From the NCBI GenBank assembly GCA_964057225.1, contig OZ059896.1, positions 124,001-188,000 of the forward strand: DNA of 64,000 nt, given 5' to 3'. The notes beneath the pieces are model-generated. The model had not been told where the DNA came from and did not search any database. It worked only from the letters and a program-made list of their open reading frames with translations. Every line of letters begins with the position of its first letter. The first letter of the stretch is position 1. The position numbers were made by a program, and so were the translations under genes. The stretch is from Auanema rhodensis (Eukaryota > Animalia > Nematoda). Shown here one piece after another: positions 1 through 13,500 of this stretch.

Positions 1-3000
1 CATTTAATTAGCATAAATTAAAGTTCACGTAAATTTCAAAGTCATGGTTACCATGCACCAATATCAATAAAAATTTGTTTTTAGACTAATATGGACATGG
101 GGAATCTAATTTTGAAAACCGCATCTCTTTATCTTTCACGTGAAGCGAGTTACATACCAAGTGCACATCACGTGTACATTTAATTAGCATAAATTAAAGT
201 TCACGTAAATTTCAAAGTCATGGTTACCATGCACCAATATCAATAAAAATTTGTTTTTAGACTAATATGGACATGGGGAATCTAATTTTGAAAACCGCAT
301 CTCTTTATCTTTCACGTGAAGCGAGTTACATACCAAGTGCACATCACGTGTACATTTAATTAGCATAAATTAAAGTTCACGTAAATTTCAAAGTCATGGT
401 TACCATGAACCAATATCAATAAAAATTTGTTTTTAGACTAATATGGACATGGGGAATCTAATTTTGAAAACCGCATCTCTTTATCTTTCACGTGAAGCGA
501 GTTACATACCAAGTGCACATCACGTGTACATTTAATTAGCATAAATTAAAGTTCACGTAAATTTCAAAGTCATGGTTACCATGAACCAATATCAATAAAA
601 ATTCGTTTTTAGACTAATATGGACATGGGGAATCTGATTTTGAAAACCGCATCTCTTTATCTTTCACGTGAAGCGAGTTACATACCAAGTGCACATCACG
701 TGTACATTTAATTAGCATAAATTAAAGTTCACGTAAATTTCAAAGTCATGGTTACCATGCACCAATATCAATAAAAATTTGTTTTTAGACTAATATGGAC
801 ATGGGGAATCTAATTTTGAAAACCGCATCTCGTTATCTTTCACGTGGAGCGAGTTACATACCAAGTGCACATCACGTGTACATTTAATTAGCATAAATTA
901 AAGTTCACGTAAATTTCAAAGTCATGGTTACCATGAACCAATATCAATAAAAATTTGTTTTTAGACTAATATGGACATGGGGAATCTAATTTTGAAAACC
1001 GCATCTCTTTATCTTTCACGTGAAGCGAGTTACATACCAAGTGCCCATCACGTGTACATTTAATTAGCATAAATTAAAGTTCACGTAAATTTCAAAGTCA
1101 TGGTTACCATGCACCAATATCAATAAAAATTTGTTTTTAGACTAATATGGACATGGGGAATCTAATTTTGAAAACCGCATCTCTTTATCTTTCACGTGAA
1201 GCGAGTTACATACCAAGTGCACATCACGTGTACATTTAATTAGCATAAATTAAAGTTCACGTAAATTTCAAAGTCATGGTTACCATGCACCAATATCAAT
1301 AAAAATTTGTTTTTAAACTAATATGGACATGGGGAATCTAATTTTGAAAACCGCATCTCTTTATCTTTCACGTGAAGCGAGTTACATACCAAGTGCACAT
1401 CACGTGTACATTTAATTAGCATAAATTAAAGTTCACGTAAATTTCAAAGTCATGGTTACCATGCACCAATATCAATAAAAATTTGTTTTTAGACTAATAT
1501 GGACATGGGGAATCTAATTTTGAAAACCGCATCTCTTTATCTTTCACGTGAAGCGAGTTACATACCAAGTGCACATCACGTGTACATTTAATTAGCATAA
1601 ATTAAAGTTCACGTAAATTTCAAAGTCATGGTTACCATGAACCAATATCAATAAAAATTTGTTTTTAGACTAATATGGACATGGGGAATCTAATTTTGAA
1701 AACCGCATCTCTTTATCTTTCACGTGAAGCGAGTTACATACCAAGTGCACATCACGTGTACATTTAATTAGCATAAATTAAAGTTCACGTAAATTTCAAA
1801 GTCATGGTTACCATGAACCAATATCAATAAAAATTTGTTTTTAGACTAATATGGACATGGGGAATCTAATTTTGAAAACCGCATCTCTTTATCTTTCACG
1901 TGAAGCGAGTTACATACCAAGTGCACATCACGTGTACATTTAATTAGCATAAATTAAAGTTCACGTAAATTTCAAAGTCATGGTTACCATGCACCAATAT
2001 CAATAAAAATTTGTTTTTAGACTAATATGGACATGGGGAATCTAATTTTGAAAACCGCATCTCGTTATCTTTCACGTGAAGCGAGTTACATACCAAGTGC
2101 ACATCACGTGTACATTTAATTAGCATAAATTAAAGTTCACGTAAATTTCAAAGTCATGGTTACCATGCACCAATATCAATAAAAATTTGTTTTTAGACTA
2201 ATATGGACATGGGGAATCTAATTTTGAAAACCGCATCTCTTTATCTTTCACGTGAAGCGAGTTACATACCAAGTGCACATCACGTGTACATTTAATTAGC
2301 ATAAATTAAAGTTCACGTAAATTTCAAAGTCATGGTTACCATGCACCAATATCAATAAAAATTTGTTTTTAGACTAATATGGACATGGGGAATCTAATTT
2401 TGAAAACCGCATCTCGTTATCTTTCACGTGAAGCGAGTTACATACCAAGTGCACATCACGTGTACATTTAATTAGCATAAATTAAAGTTCACGTAAATTT
2501 CAAAGTCATGGTTACCATGCACCAATATCAATAAAAATTTGTTTTTAGACTAATATGGACATGGGGAATCTAATTTTGAAAACCGCATCTCTTTATCTTT
2601 CACGTGAAGCGAGTTACATACCAAGTGCACATCACGTGTACATTTAATTAGCATAAATTAAAGTTCACGTAAATTTCAAAGTCATGGTTACCATGCACCA
2701 ATATCAATAAAAATTTGTTTTTAGACTAATATGGACATGGGGAATCTAATTTTGAAAACCGCATCTCTTTATCTTTCACGTGAAGCGAGTTACATACCAA
2801 GTGCACATCACGTGTACATTTAATTAGCATAAATTAAAGTTCACGTAAATTTCAAAGTCATGGTTACCATGAACCAATATCAATAAAAATTTGTTTTTAG
2901 ACTAATATGGACATGGGGAATCTAATTTTGAAAACCGCATCTCGTTATCTTTCACGTGAAGCGAGTTACATACCAAGTGCACATCACGTGTACATTTAAT

Positions 3001-6000
3001 TAGCATAAATTAAAGTTCACGTAAATTTCAAAGTCATGGTTACCATGCACCAATATCAATAAAAATTTGTTTTTAGACTAATATGGACATGGGGAATCTA
3101 ATTTTGAAAACCGCATCTCTTTATCTTTCACGTGAAGCGAGTTACATACCAAGAGCACATCACGTGTACATTTAATTAGCATAAATTAAAGTTCACGTAA
3201 ATTTCAAAGTCATGGTTACCATGCACCAATATCAATAAAAATTTGTTTTTAGACTAATATGGACATGGGGAATCTAATTTTGAAAACCGCATCTCGTTAT
3301 CTTTCACGTGAAGCGAGTTACATACCAAGTGCACATCACGTGTACATTTAATTAGCATAAATTAAAGTTCACGTAAATTTCAAAGTCATGGTTACCATGC
3401 ACCAATATCAATAAAAATTTGTTTTTAGACTAATATGGACATGGGGAATCTAATTTTGAAAACCGCATCTCTTTATCTTTCACGTGAAGCGAGTTACATA
3501 CCAAGTGCACATCACGTGTACATTTAATTAGCATAAATTAAAGTTCACGTAAATTTCAAAGTCATGGTTACCATGCACCAATATCAATAAAAATTTGTTT
3601 TTAGACTAATATGGACATGGGGAATCTAATTTTGAAAACCGCATCTCTTTATCTTTCACGTGAAGCGAGTTACATACCAAGTGCACATCACGTGTACATT
3701 TAATTAGCATAAATTAAAGTTCACGTAAATTTCAAAGTCATGGTTACCATGAACCAATATCAATAAAAATTTGTTTTTAGACTAATATGGACATGGGGAA
3801 TCTAATTTTGAAAACCGCATCTCTTTATCTTTCACGTGAAGCGAGTTACATACCAAGTGCACATCACGTGTACATTTAATTAGCATAAATTAAAGTTCAC
3901 GTAAATTTCAAAGTCATGGTTACCATGAACCAATATCAATAAAAATTTGTTTTTAGACTAATATGGACATGGGGAATCTAATTTTGAAAACCGCATCTCT
4001 TTATCTTTCACGTGAAGCGAGTTACATACCAAGTGCCCATCACGTGTACATTTAATTAGCATAAATTAAAGTTCACGTAAATTTCAAAGTCATGGTTACC
4101 ATGCACCAATATCAATAAAAATTTGTTTTTAGACTAATATGGATATGGGGAATCTAATTTTGAAAACCGCATCTCCTTATCTTTCACGTGAAGCGAGTTA
4201 CATACCAAGTGCACATCACGTGTACATTTAATTAGCATAAATTAAAGTTCACGTAAATTTCAAAGTCATGGTTACCATGCACCAATATCAATAAAAATTT
4301 GTTTTTAGACTAATATGGACATGGGGAATCTAATTTTGAAAACCGCATCTCTTTATCTTTCACGTGAAGCGAGTTACATACCAAGTGCCCATCACGTGTA
4401 CATTTAATTAGCATAAATTAAAGTTCACGTAAATTTCAAAGTCATGGTTACCATGAACCAATATCAATAAAAATTTTGTTTTTAGACTAATATGGACATG
4501 GGGAATCTAATTTTGAAAACCGCATCTCTTTATCTTTCACGTGAAGCGAGTTACATACCAAGTGCACATCACGTGTACATTTAATTAGCATAAATTAAAG
4601 TTCACGTAAATTTCAAAGTCATGGTTACCATGCACCAATATCAATAAAAATTTGTTTTTAAACTAATATGGACATGGGGAATCTAATTTTGAAAACCGCA
4701 TCTCTTTATCTTTCACGTGAAGCGAGTTACATACCAAGTGCACATCACGTGTACATTTAATTAGCATAAATTAAAGTTCACGTAAATTTCAAAGTCATGG
4801 TTACCATGCACCAATATCAATAAAAATTTGTTTTTAGACTAATATGGACATGGGGAATCTAATTTTGAAAACCGCATCTCTTTATCTTTCACGTGAAGCG
4901 AGTTACATACCAAGAGCACATCACGTGTACATTTAATTAGCATAAATTAAAGTTCACGTAAATTTCAAAGTCATGGTTACCATGCACCAATATCAATAAA
5001 AATTTGTTTTTAGACTAATATGGACATGGGGAATCTAATTTTGAAAACCGCATCTCTTTATCTTTCACGTGAAGCGAGTTACATACCAAGTGCACATCAC
5101 GTGTACATTTAATTAGCATAAATTAAAGTTCACGTAAATTTCAAAGTCATGGTTACCATGAACCAATATCAATAAAAATTTGTTTTTAGACTAATATGGA
5201 CATGGGGAATCTAATTTTGAAAACCGCATCTCTTTATCTTTCACGTGAAGCGAGTTACATACCAAGTGCACATCACGTGTACATTTAATTAGCATAAATT
5301 AAAGTTCACGTAAATTTCAAAGTCATGGTTACCATGCACCAATATCAATAAAAATTTGTTTTTAGACTAATATGGACATGGGGAATCTAATTTTGAAAAC
5401 CGCATCTCGTTATCTTTCACGTGAAGCGAGTTACATACCAAGTGCACATCACGTGTACATTTAATTAGCATAAATTAAAGTTCACGTAAATTTCAAAGTC
5501 ATGGTTACCATGCACCAATATCAATAAAAATTTGTTTTTAGACTAATATGGACATGGGGAATCTAATTTTGAAAACCGCATCTCTTTATCTTTCACGTGA
5601 AGCGAGTTACATACCAAGTGCACATCACGTGTACATTTAATTAGCATAAATTAAAGTTCACGTAAATTTCAAAGTCATGGTTACCATGCACCAATATCAA
5701 TAAAAATTTGTTTTTAGACTAATATGGACATGGGGAATCTAATTTTAAAAACCGCATCTCTTTATCTTTCACGTGAAGCGAGTTACATACCAAGTGCACA
5801 TCACGTGTACATTTAATTAGCATAAATTAAAGTTCACGTAAATTTCAAAGTCATGGTTACCATGCACCAATATCAATAAAAATTTGTTTTTAGACTAATA
5901 TGGACATGGGGAATCTAATTTTGAAAACAGCATCTCTTTATCTTTCACGTGAAGCGAGTTACATACCAAGTGCACATCACGTGTACATTTAATTAGCATA

Positions 6001-7599
6001 AATTAAAGTTCACGTAAATTTCAAAGTCATGGTTACCATGAACCAATATCAATAAAAATTTGTTTTTAGACTAATATGGACATGGGGAATCTAATTTTGA
6101 AAACCGCATCTCTTTATCTTTCACGTGAAGCGAGTTACATACCAAGTGCCCATCACGTGTACATTTAATTAGCATAAATTAAAGTTCACGTAAATTTCAA
6201 AGTCATGATTACCATGCACCAATATCAATAAAAATTTGTTTTTAGACTAATATGGACATGGGGAATCTAATTTTGAAAACCGCATCTCTTCATCTTTTAC
6301 GTGAAGCGAGTTACATACCAAGTGCACATCACGTGTACATTTAATTAGCATAAATTAAAGTTCACGTAAATTTCAAAGTCATGGTTACCATGCACCAATA
6401 TCAATAAGAATTTGTTTTTAGACTAATATGGACATGGGGAATCTAATTTTGAAAACCGCATCTCTTTATCTTTCACGTGAAGCGAGTTACATACCAAGTG
6501 CACATCACGTGTACATTTAATTAGCATAAATTAAAGTTCACGTAAATTTCAAAGTCATGGTTACCATGCACCAATGTCAATAAAAATTTGTTTTTAGACT
6601 AATATGGACATGGGGAATCTAATTTTGAAAACCGCATCTCTTCATCTTTCACGTGAAGCGAGTTACATACCAAGTGCACATCACGTGTACATTTAATTAG
6701 CATAAATTAAAGTTCACGTAAATTTCAAAGTCATGGTTACCATGCACCAATATCAATAAAAATTTGTTTTTAGACTAATATGGACATGGGGAATCTAATT
6801 TTGAAAACCGCATCTCTTTATCTTTCACGTGAAGCGAGTTACATACCAAGTGCACATCACGTGTACATTTAATTAGCATAAATTAAAGTTCACGTAAATT
6901 TCAAAGTCATGGTTACCATGCACCAATATCAATAAAAATTTGTTTTTAGACTAATATGGACATGGGGAATCTAATTTTGAAAACCGCATCTCTTCATCTT
7001 TCACGTGAAGCGAGTTACATACCAAGTGCACATCACGTGTACATTTAATTAGCATAAATTAAAGTTCACGTAAATTTCAAAGTCATGGTTACCATGCACC
7101 AATATCAATAAAAATTTGTTTTTAGACTAATATGGACATGGGGAATCTAATTTTGAAAACCGCATCTCTTTATCTTTCACGTGAAGCGAGTTACATACCA
7201 AGTGCACATCACGTGTACATTTAATTAGCATAAATTAAAGTTCACGTAAATTTCAAAGTCATGGTTACCATGCACCAATGTCAATAAAAATTTGTTTTTA
7301 GACTAATATGGACATGGGGAATCTAATTTTGAAAACCGCATCTCTTCATCTTTCACGTGAAGCGAGTTACATACCAAGTGCACATCACGTGTACATTTAA
7401 TTAGCATAAATTAAAGTTCACGTAAATTTCAAAGTCATGGTTACCATGCACCAATATCAATAAAAATTTGTTTTTAGACTAATATGGACATGGGGAATCT
7501 AATTTTGAAAACCGCATCTCTTCATCTTTCACGTGAAGCGAGTTACATACCAAGTGCACATCACGTGTACATTTAATTAGCATAAATTAAAGTTCACGT

Positions 7600-10500
7600 A
7601 AATTTCAAAGTCATGGTTACCATGCACCAATATCAATAAAAATTTGTTTTTAGACTAATATGGACATGGGGAATCTAATTTTGAAAACCGCATCTCTTTA
7701 TCTTTCACGTGAAGCGAGTTACATACCAAGTGCACATCACGTGTACATTTAATTAGCATAAATTAAAGTTCACGTAAATTTCAAAGTCATGGTTACCATG
7801 CACCAATATCAATAAAAATTTGTTTTTAGACTAATATGGACATGGGGAATCTAAATTTGAAAACCGCATCTCTTCATCTTTCACGTGAAGCGAGTTACAT
7901 ACCAAGTGCACATCACGTGTACATTTAATTAGCATAAATTAAAGTTCACGTAAATTTCAAAGTCATGGTTACCATGCACCAATATCAATAAAAATTTGTT
8001 TTTAGACTAATATGGACATGGGGAATCTAATTTTGAAAACCGCATCTCTTCATCTTTCACGTGAAGCGAGTTACATACCAAGTGCACATCACGTGTACAT
8101 TTAATTAGCATAAATTAAAGTTCACGTAAATTTCAAAGTCATGGTTACCATGCACCAATGTCAATAAAAATTTGTTTTTAGACTAATATGGACATGGGGA
8201 ATCTAATTTTGAAAACCGCATCTCTTCATCTTTCACGTGAAGCGAGTTACATACCAAGTGCACATCACGTGTACATTTAATTAGCATAAATTAAAGTTCA
8301 CGTAAATTTCAAAGTCATGGTTACCATGCACCAATATCAATAAAAATTTGTTTTTAGACTAATATGGACATGGGGAATCTAATTTTGAAAACCGCATCTC
8401 TTCATCTTTCACGTGAAGCGAGTTACATACCAAGTGCACATCACGTGTACATTTAATTAGCATAAATTAAAGTTCACGTAAATTTCAAAGTCATGGTTAC
8501 CATGCACCAATATCAATAAGAATTTGTTTTTAGACTAATATAGACATGGGGAATCTAATTTTGAAAACCGCATCTCTTTATCTTTCACGTGAAGCGAGTT
8601 ACATACCAAGTGCACATCACGTGTACATTTAATTAGCATAAATTAAAGTTCACGTAAATTTCAAAGTCATGGTTACCATGCACCAATATCAATAAAAATT
8701 TGTTTTTAGACTAATATGGACATGGGGAATCTAATTTTGAAAACCGCATCTCTTCATCTTTCACGTGAAGCGAGTTACATACCAAGTGCACATCACGTGT
8801 ACATTTAATTAGCATAAATTAAAGTTCACGTAAATTTCAAAGTCATGGTTACCATGCACCAATATCAATAAAAATTTGTTTTTAGACTAATATGGACATG
8901 GGGAATCTAATTTTGAAAACCGCATCTTTTCATCTTTCACGTGAAGCGAGTTACATACCAAGTGCACATCACGTGTACATTTAATTAGCATAAATTAAAG
9001 TTCACGTAAATTTCAAATTCATGGTTACCATGCACCAATATCAATAAAAATTTGTTTTTAGACTAATATGGACATGGGGAATCTAATTTTGAAAACCGCA
9101 TCTCTTTATCTTTCACGTGAAGCGAGTTACATACCAAGTGCACATCACGTGTACATTTAATTAGCATAAATTAAAGTTCACGTAAATTTCAAAGTCATGG
9201 TTACCATGCACCAATGTCAATAAAAATTTGTTTTTAGACTAATATGGACATGGGGAATCTAATTTTGAAAACCGCATCTCCTTATCTTTCACGTGAAGCG
9301 AGTTACATACCAAGTGCACATCACGTGTACATTTAATTAGCATAAATTAAAGTTCACGTAAATTTCAAAGTCATGGTTACCATGCACCAATATCAATAAG
9401 AATTTGTTTTTAGACTAATATGGACATGGGGAATCTAATTTTGAAAACCGCATCTCTTTATCTTTCACGTGAAGCGAGTTACATACCAAGTGCACATCAC
9501 GTGTACATTTAATTAGCATAAATTAAAGTTCACGTAAATTTCAAAGTCATGGTTACCATAAACCAATATCAATAAAAATTTGTTTTTAGACTAATATGGA
9601 CATGGGGAGTCTAATTTTGAAAACCGCATCTCTTTATCTTTCACGTGAAGCGAGTTACATACCAAGTGCACATCACGTGTACATTTAATTAGCATAAATT
9701 AAAGTTCACGTAACTTTCAAAGTCATGGTTACCATGCACCAATATCAATAAAAATTTGTTTTTAGACTAATATGGACATGGGGAATCTAATTTTGTAAAC
9801 CGCATCTCTTTATCTTTCACGTGAAGCGAGTTACATACCAAGTGCACATCACGTGTACATTTAATTAGCATAAATTAAAGTTCACGTAAATTTCAAAGTC
9901 ATGGTTACCATGCACCAATATCAATAAAAATTTGTTTTTAGACTAATATGGACATGGGGAATCTAATTTTGAAAACCGCATCTTTTCATCTTTCACGTGA
10001 AGCGAGTTACATACCAAGTGCACATCACGTGTACATTTAATTAGCATAAATTAAAGTTCACGTAAATTTCAAAGTCATGGTTACCATGCACCAATATCAA
10101 TAAAAATTTGTTTTTAGACTAATATGGACATGGGGAATCTAATTTTGAAAACCGCATCTCTTTATCTTTCACGTGAAGCGAGTTACATACCAAGTGCACA
10201 TCACGTGTACATTTAATTAGCATAAATTAAAGTTCACGTAAATTTCAAAGTCATGGTTACCATGCACCAATATCAATAAAAATTTGTTTTTAGACTAATA
10301 TGGACATGGGGAATCTAATTTTGAAAACCGCATCTCTTCATCTTTCACGTGAAGCGAGTTACATACCAAGTGCACATCACGTGTACATTTAATTAGCATA
10401 AATTAAAGTTCACGTAAATTTCAAAGTCATGGTTACCATGCACCAATATCAATAAAAATTTGTTTTTAGACTAATATGGACATGGGGAATCTAATTTTGA

Positions 10501-13500
10501 AAACCGCATCTCTTTATCTTTCACGTGAAGATTGTAAATTGTACATTTAATTAGCATAAATTAAAGTTCACGTAACTTTCAAAGTCATGGTTACCATGCA
10601 CCAATATCAATAAAAATTTGTTTTTAGACTAATATGGACATGGGGAATCTAATTTTGTAAACCGCATCTCTTTATCTTTCACGTGAAGCGAGTTACATAC
10701 CAAGTGCACATCACGTGTACATTTAATTAGCATAAATTAAAGTTCACGTAAATTTCAAAGTCATGGTTACCATGAACCAATATCAATAAAAATTTGTTTT
10801 TAGACTAATATGGACATGGGGAATCTAATTTTGAAAACCGCATCTCTTTATCTTTCACGTGAAGCGAGTTACATACCAAGTGCACATCACGTGTACATTT
10901 AATTAGCATAAATTAAAGTTCACGTAAATTTCAAAGTCATGGTTACCATGCACCAATGTCAATAAAAATTTGTTTTTAGACTAATATGGACATGGGGAAT
11001 CTAATTTTGAAAACCGCATCTCTTCATCTTTCACGTGAAGCGAGTTACATACCAAGTGCACATCACGTGTACATTTAATTAGCATAAATTAAAGTTCACG
11101 TAAATTCCAAAGTCATGGTTACCATGCACCAATATCAATAAAAATTTGTTTTTAGACTAATATGGACATGGGGAATCTTATTTTGAAAACCGCATCTCTT
11201 CATCTTTCACGTGAAGCGAGTTACATACCAAGTGCACATCACGTGTACATTTAATTAGCATAAATTAAAGTTCACGTAAATTTTAAAGTCATGGTTACCA
11301 TGCACCAATATCAATAAAAATTTGTTTTTAGACTAATATGGACATGGGGAATCTAATTTTGAAAACCGCATCTCTTTATCTTTCACGTGAAGCGAGTTAC
11401 ATACCAAGTGCACATCATGTGTACATTTAATTAGCATAAATTAAAGTTCACGTAAATTTCAAAGTCATGGTTACCATGCACCAATGTCAATAAAAATTTG
11501 TTTTTAGACTAATATGGACATGGGGAATCTAATTTTGAAAACCGCATCTCTTCATCTTTCACGTGAAGCGAGTTACATACCAAGTGCACATCACGTGTAC
11601 ATTTAATTAGCATAAATTAAAGTTCACGTAAATTTCAAAGTCATGGTTACCATGCACCAATATCAATAAAAATTTGTTTTTAGACTAATATGGACATGGG
11701 GAATCTAATTTTGAAAACCGCATCTCTTCATCTTTCACGTGAAGCGAGTTACATACCAAGTGCACATCACGTGTACATTTAATTAGCATAAATTAAAGTT
11801 CACGTAAATTTCAAAGTCATGGTTACCATGCACCAATATCAATAAAAATTTGTTTTTAGACTAATATGGACATGGGGAATCTAATTTTGAAAACCGCATC
11901 TCTTTATCTTTCACGTGAAGCGAGTTACATACCAAGTGCACATCACGTGTACATTTAATTAGCATAAATTAAAGTTCACGTAAATTTCAAAGTCATGGTT
12001 ACCATGCACCAATGTCAATAAAAATTTGTTTTTAGACTAATATAGACATGGGGAATCTAATTTTGAAAACCGCATCTCTTCATCTTTCACGTGAAGCGAG
12101 TTACATACCAAGTGCACATCACGTGTACATTTAATTAGCATAAATTAAAGTTCACGTAAATTTCAAAGTCATGGTTACCATGCACCAATATCAATAAAAA
12201 TTTGTTTTTAGACTAATATGGACATGGGGAATCTAATTTTGAAAACCGCATCTCTTTATCTTTCACGTGAAGCGAGTTACATACCAAGTGCACATCACGT
12301 GTACATTTAATTAGCATAAATTAAAGTTCACGTAAATTTCAAAGTCATGGTTACCATAAACCAATATCAATAAAAATTTGTTTTTAGACTAATATGGACA
12401 TGGGGAGTCTAATTTTGAAAACCGCATCTCTTTATCTTTCACGTGAAGCGAGTTACATACCAAGTGCACATCACGTGTACATTTAATTAGCATAAATTAA
12501 AGTTCACGTAACTTTCAAAGTCATGGTTACCATGCACCAATATCAATAAAAATTTGTTTTTAGACTAATATGGACATGGGGAATCTAATTTTGTAAACCG
12601 CATCTCTTTATCTTTCACGTGAAGCGAGTTACATACCAAGTGCACATCACGTGTACATTTAATTAGCATAAATTAAAGTTCACGTAAATTTCAAAGTCAT
12701 GGTTACCATGCACCAATATCAATAAAAATTTGTTTTTAGACTAATATGGACATGGGGAATCTAATTTTGAAAACCGCATCTTTTCATCTTTCACGTGAAG
12801 CGAGTTACATACCAAGTGCACATCACGTGTACATTTAATTAGCATAAATTAAAGTTCACGTAAATTTCAAAGTCATGGTTACCATGCACCAATATCAATA
12901 AAAATTTGTTTTTAGACTAATATGGACATGGGGAATCTAATTTTGAAAACCGCATCTCTTTATCTTTCACGTGAAGCGAGTTACATACCAAGTGCACATC
13001 ACGTGTACATTTAATTAGCATAAATTAAAGTTCACGTAAATTTCAAAGTCATGGTTACCATGCACCAATATCAATAAAAATTTGTTTTTAGACTAATTTG
13101 GACATGGGGAATCTAATTTTGAAAACCGCATCTCTTTATCTTTCACGTGAAGCGAGTTACATACCAAGTGCACATCACGTGTACATTTAATTAGCATAAA
13201 TTAAAGTTTACGTAAATTTCAAAGTCATGGTTACCATAAACCAATATCAATAAAAATTTGTTTTTAGACTAATATGGACATGGGGAATCTAATTTTGAAA
13301 ACCGCATCTCTTTATCTTTCACGTGAAGATTGTAAATTGTACATTTAATTAGCATAAATTAAAGTTCACGTAACTTTCAAAGTCATGGTTACCATGCACC
13401 AATATCAATAAAAATTTGTTTTTAGACTAATATGGACATGGGGAATCTAATTTTGTAAACCGCATCTCTTTATCTTTCACGTGAAGCGAGTTACATACCA

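Noticed and set aside
1-176. Assignment to a known satellite of similar length (Brassica 176-bp, Arabidopsis 178-bp, primate alpha 171-bp) or a CENP-B box
   Set aside because: Only the length is similar. I recognise no sequence similarity and no TTCG-N4-A-N2-CGGG motif; a database search is needed.
4471-4480. Single 177-bp monomer (extra T, AAATTTTG)
   Set aside because: Isolated homopolymer +1 change; could be a sequencing error or trivial slippage.
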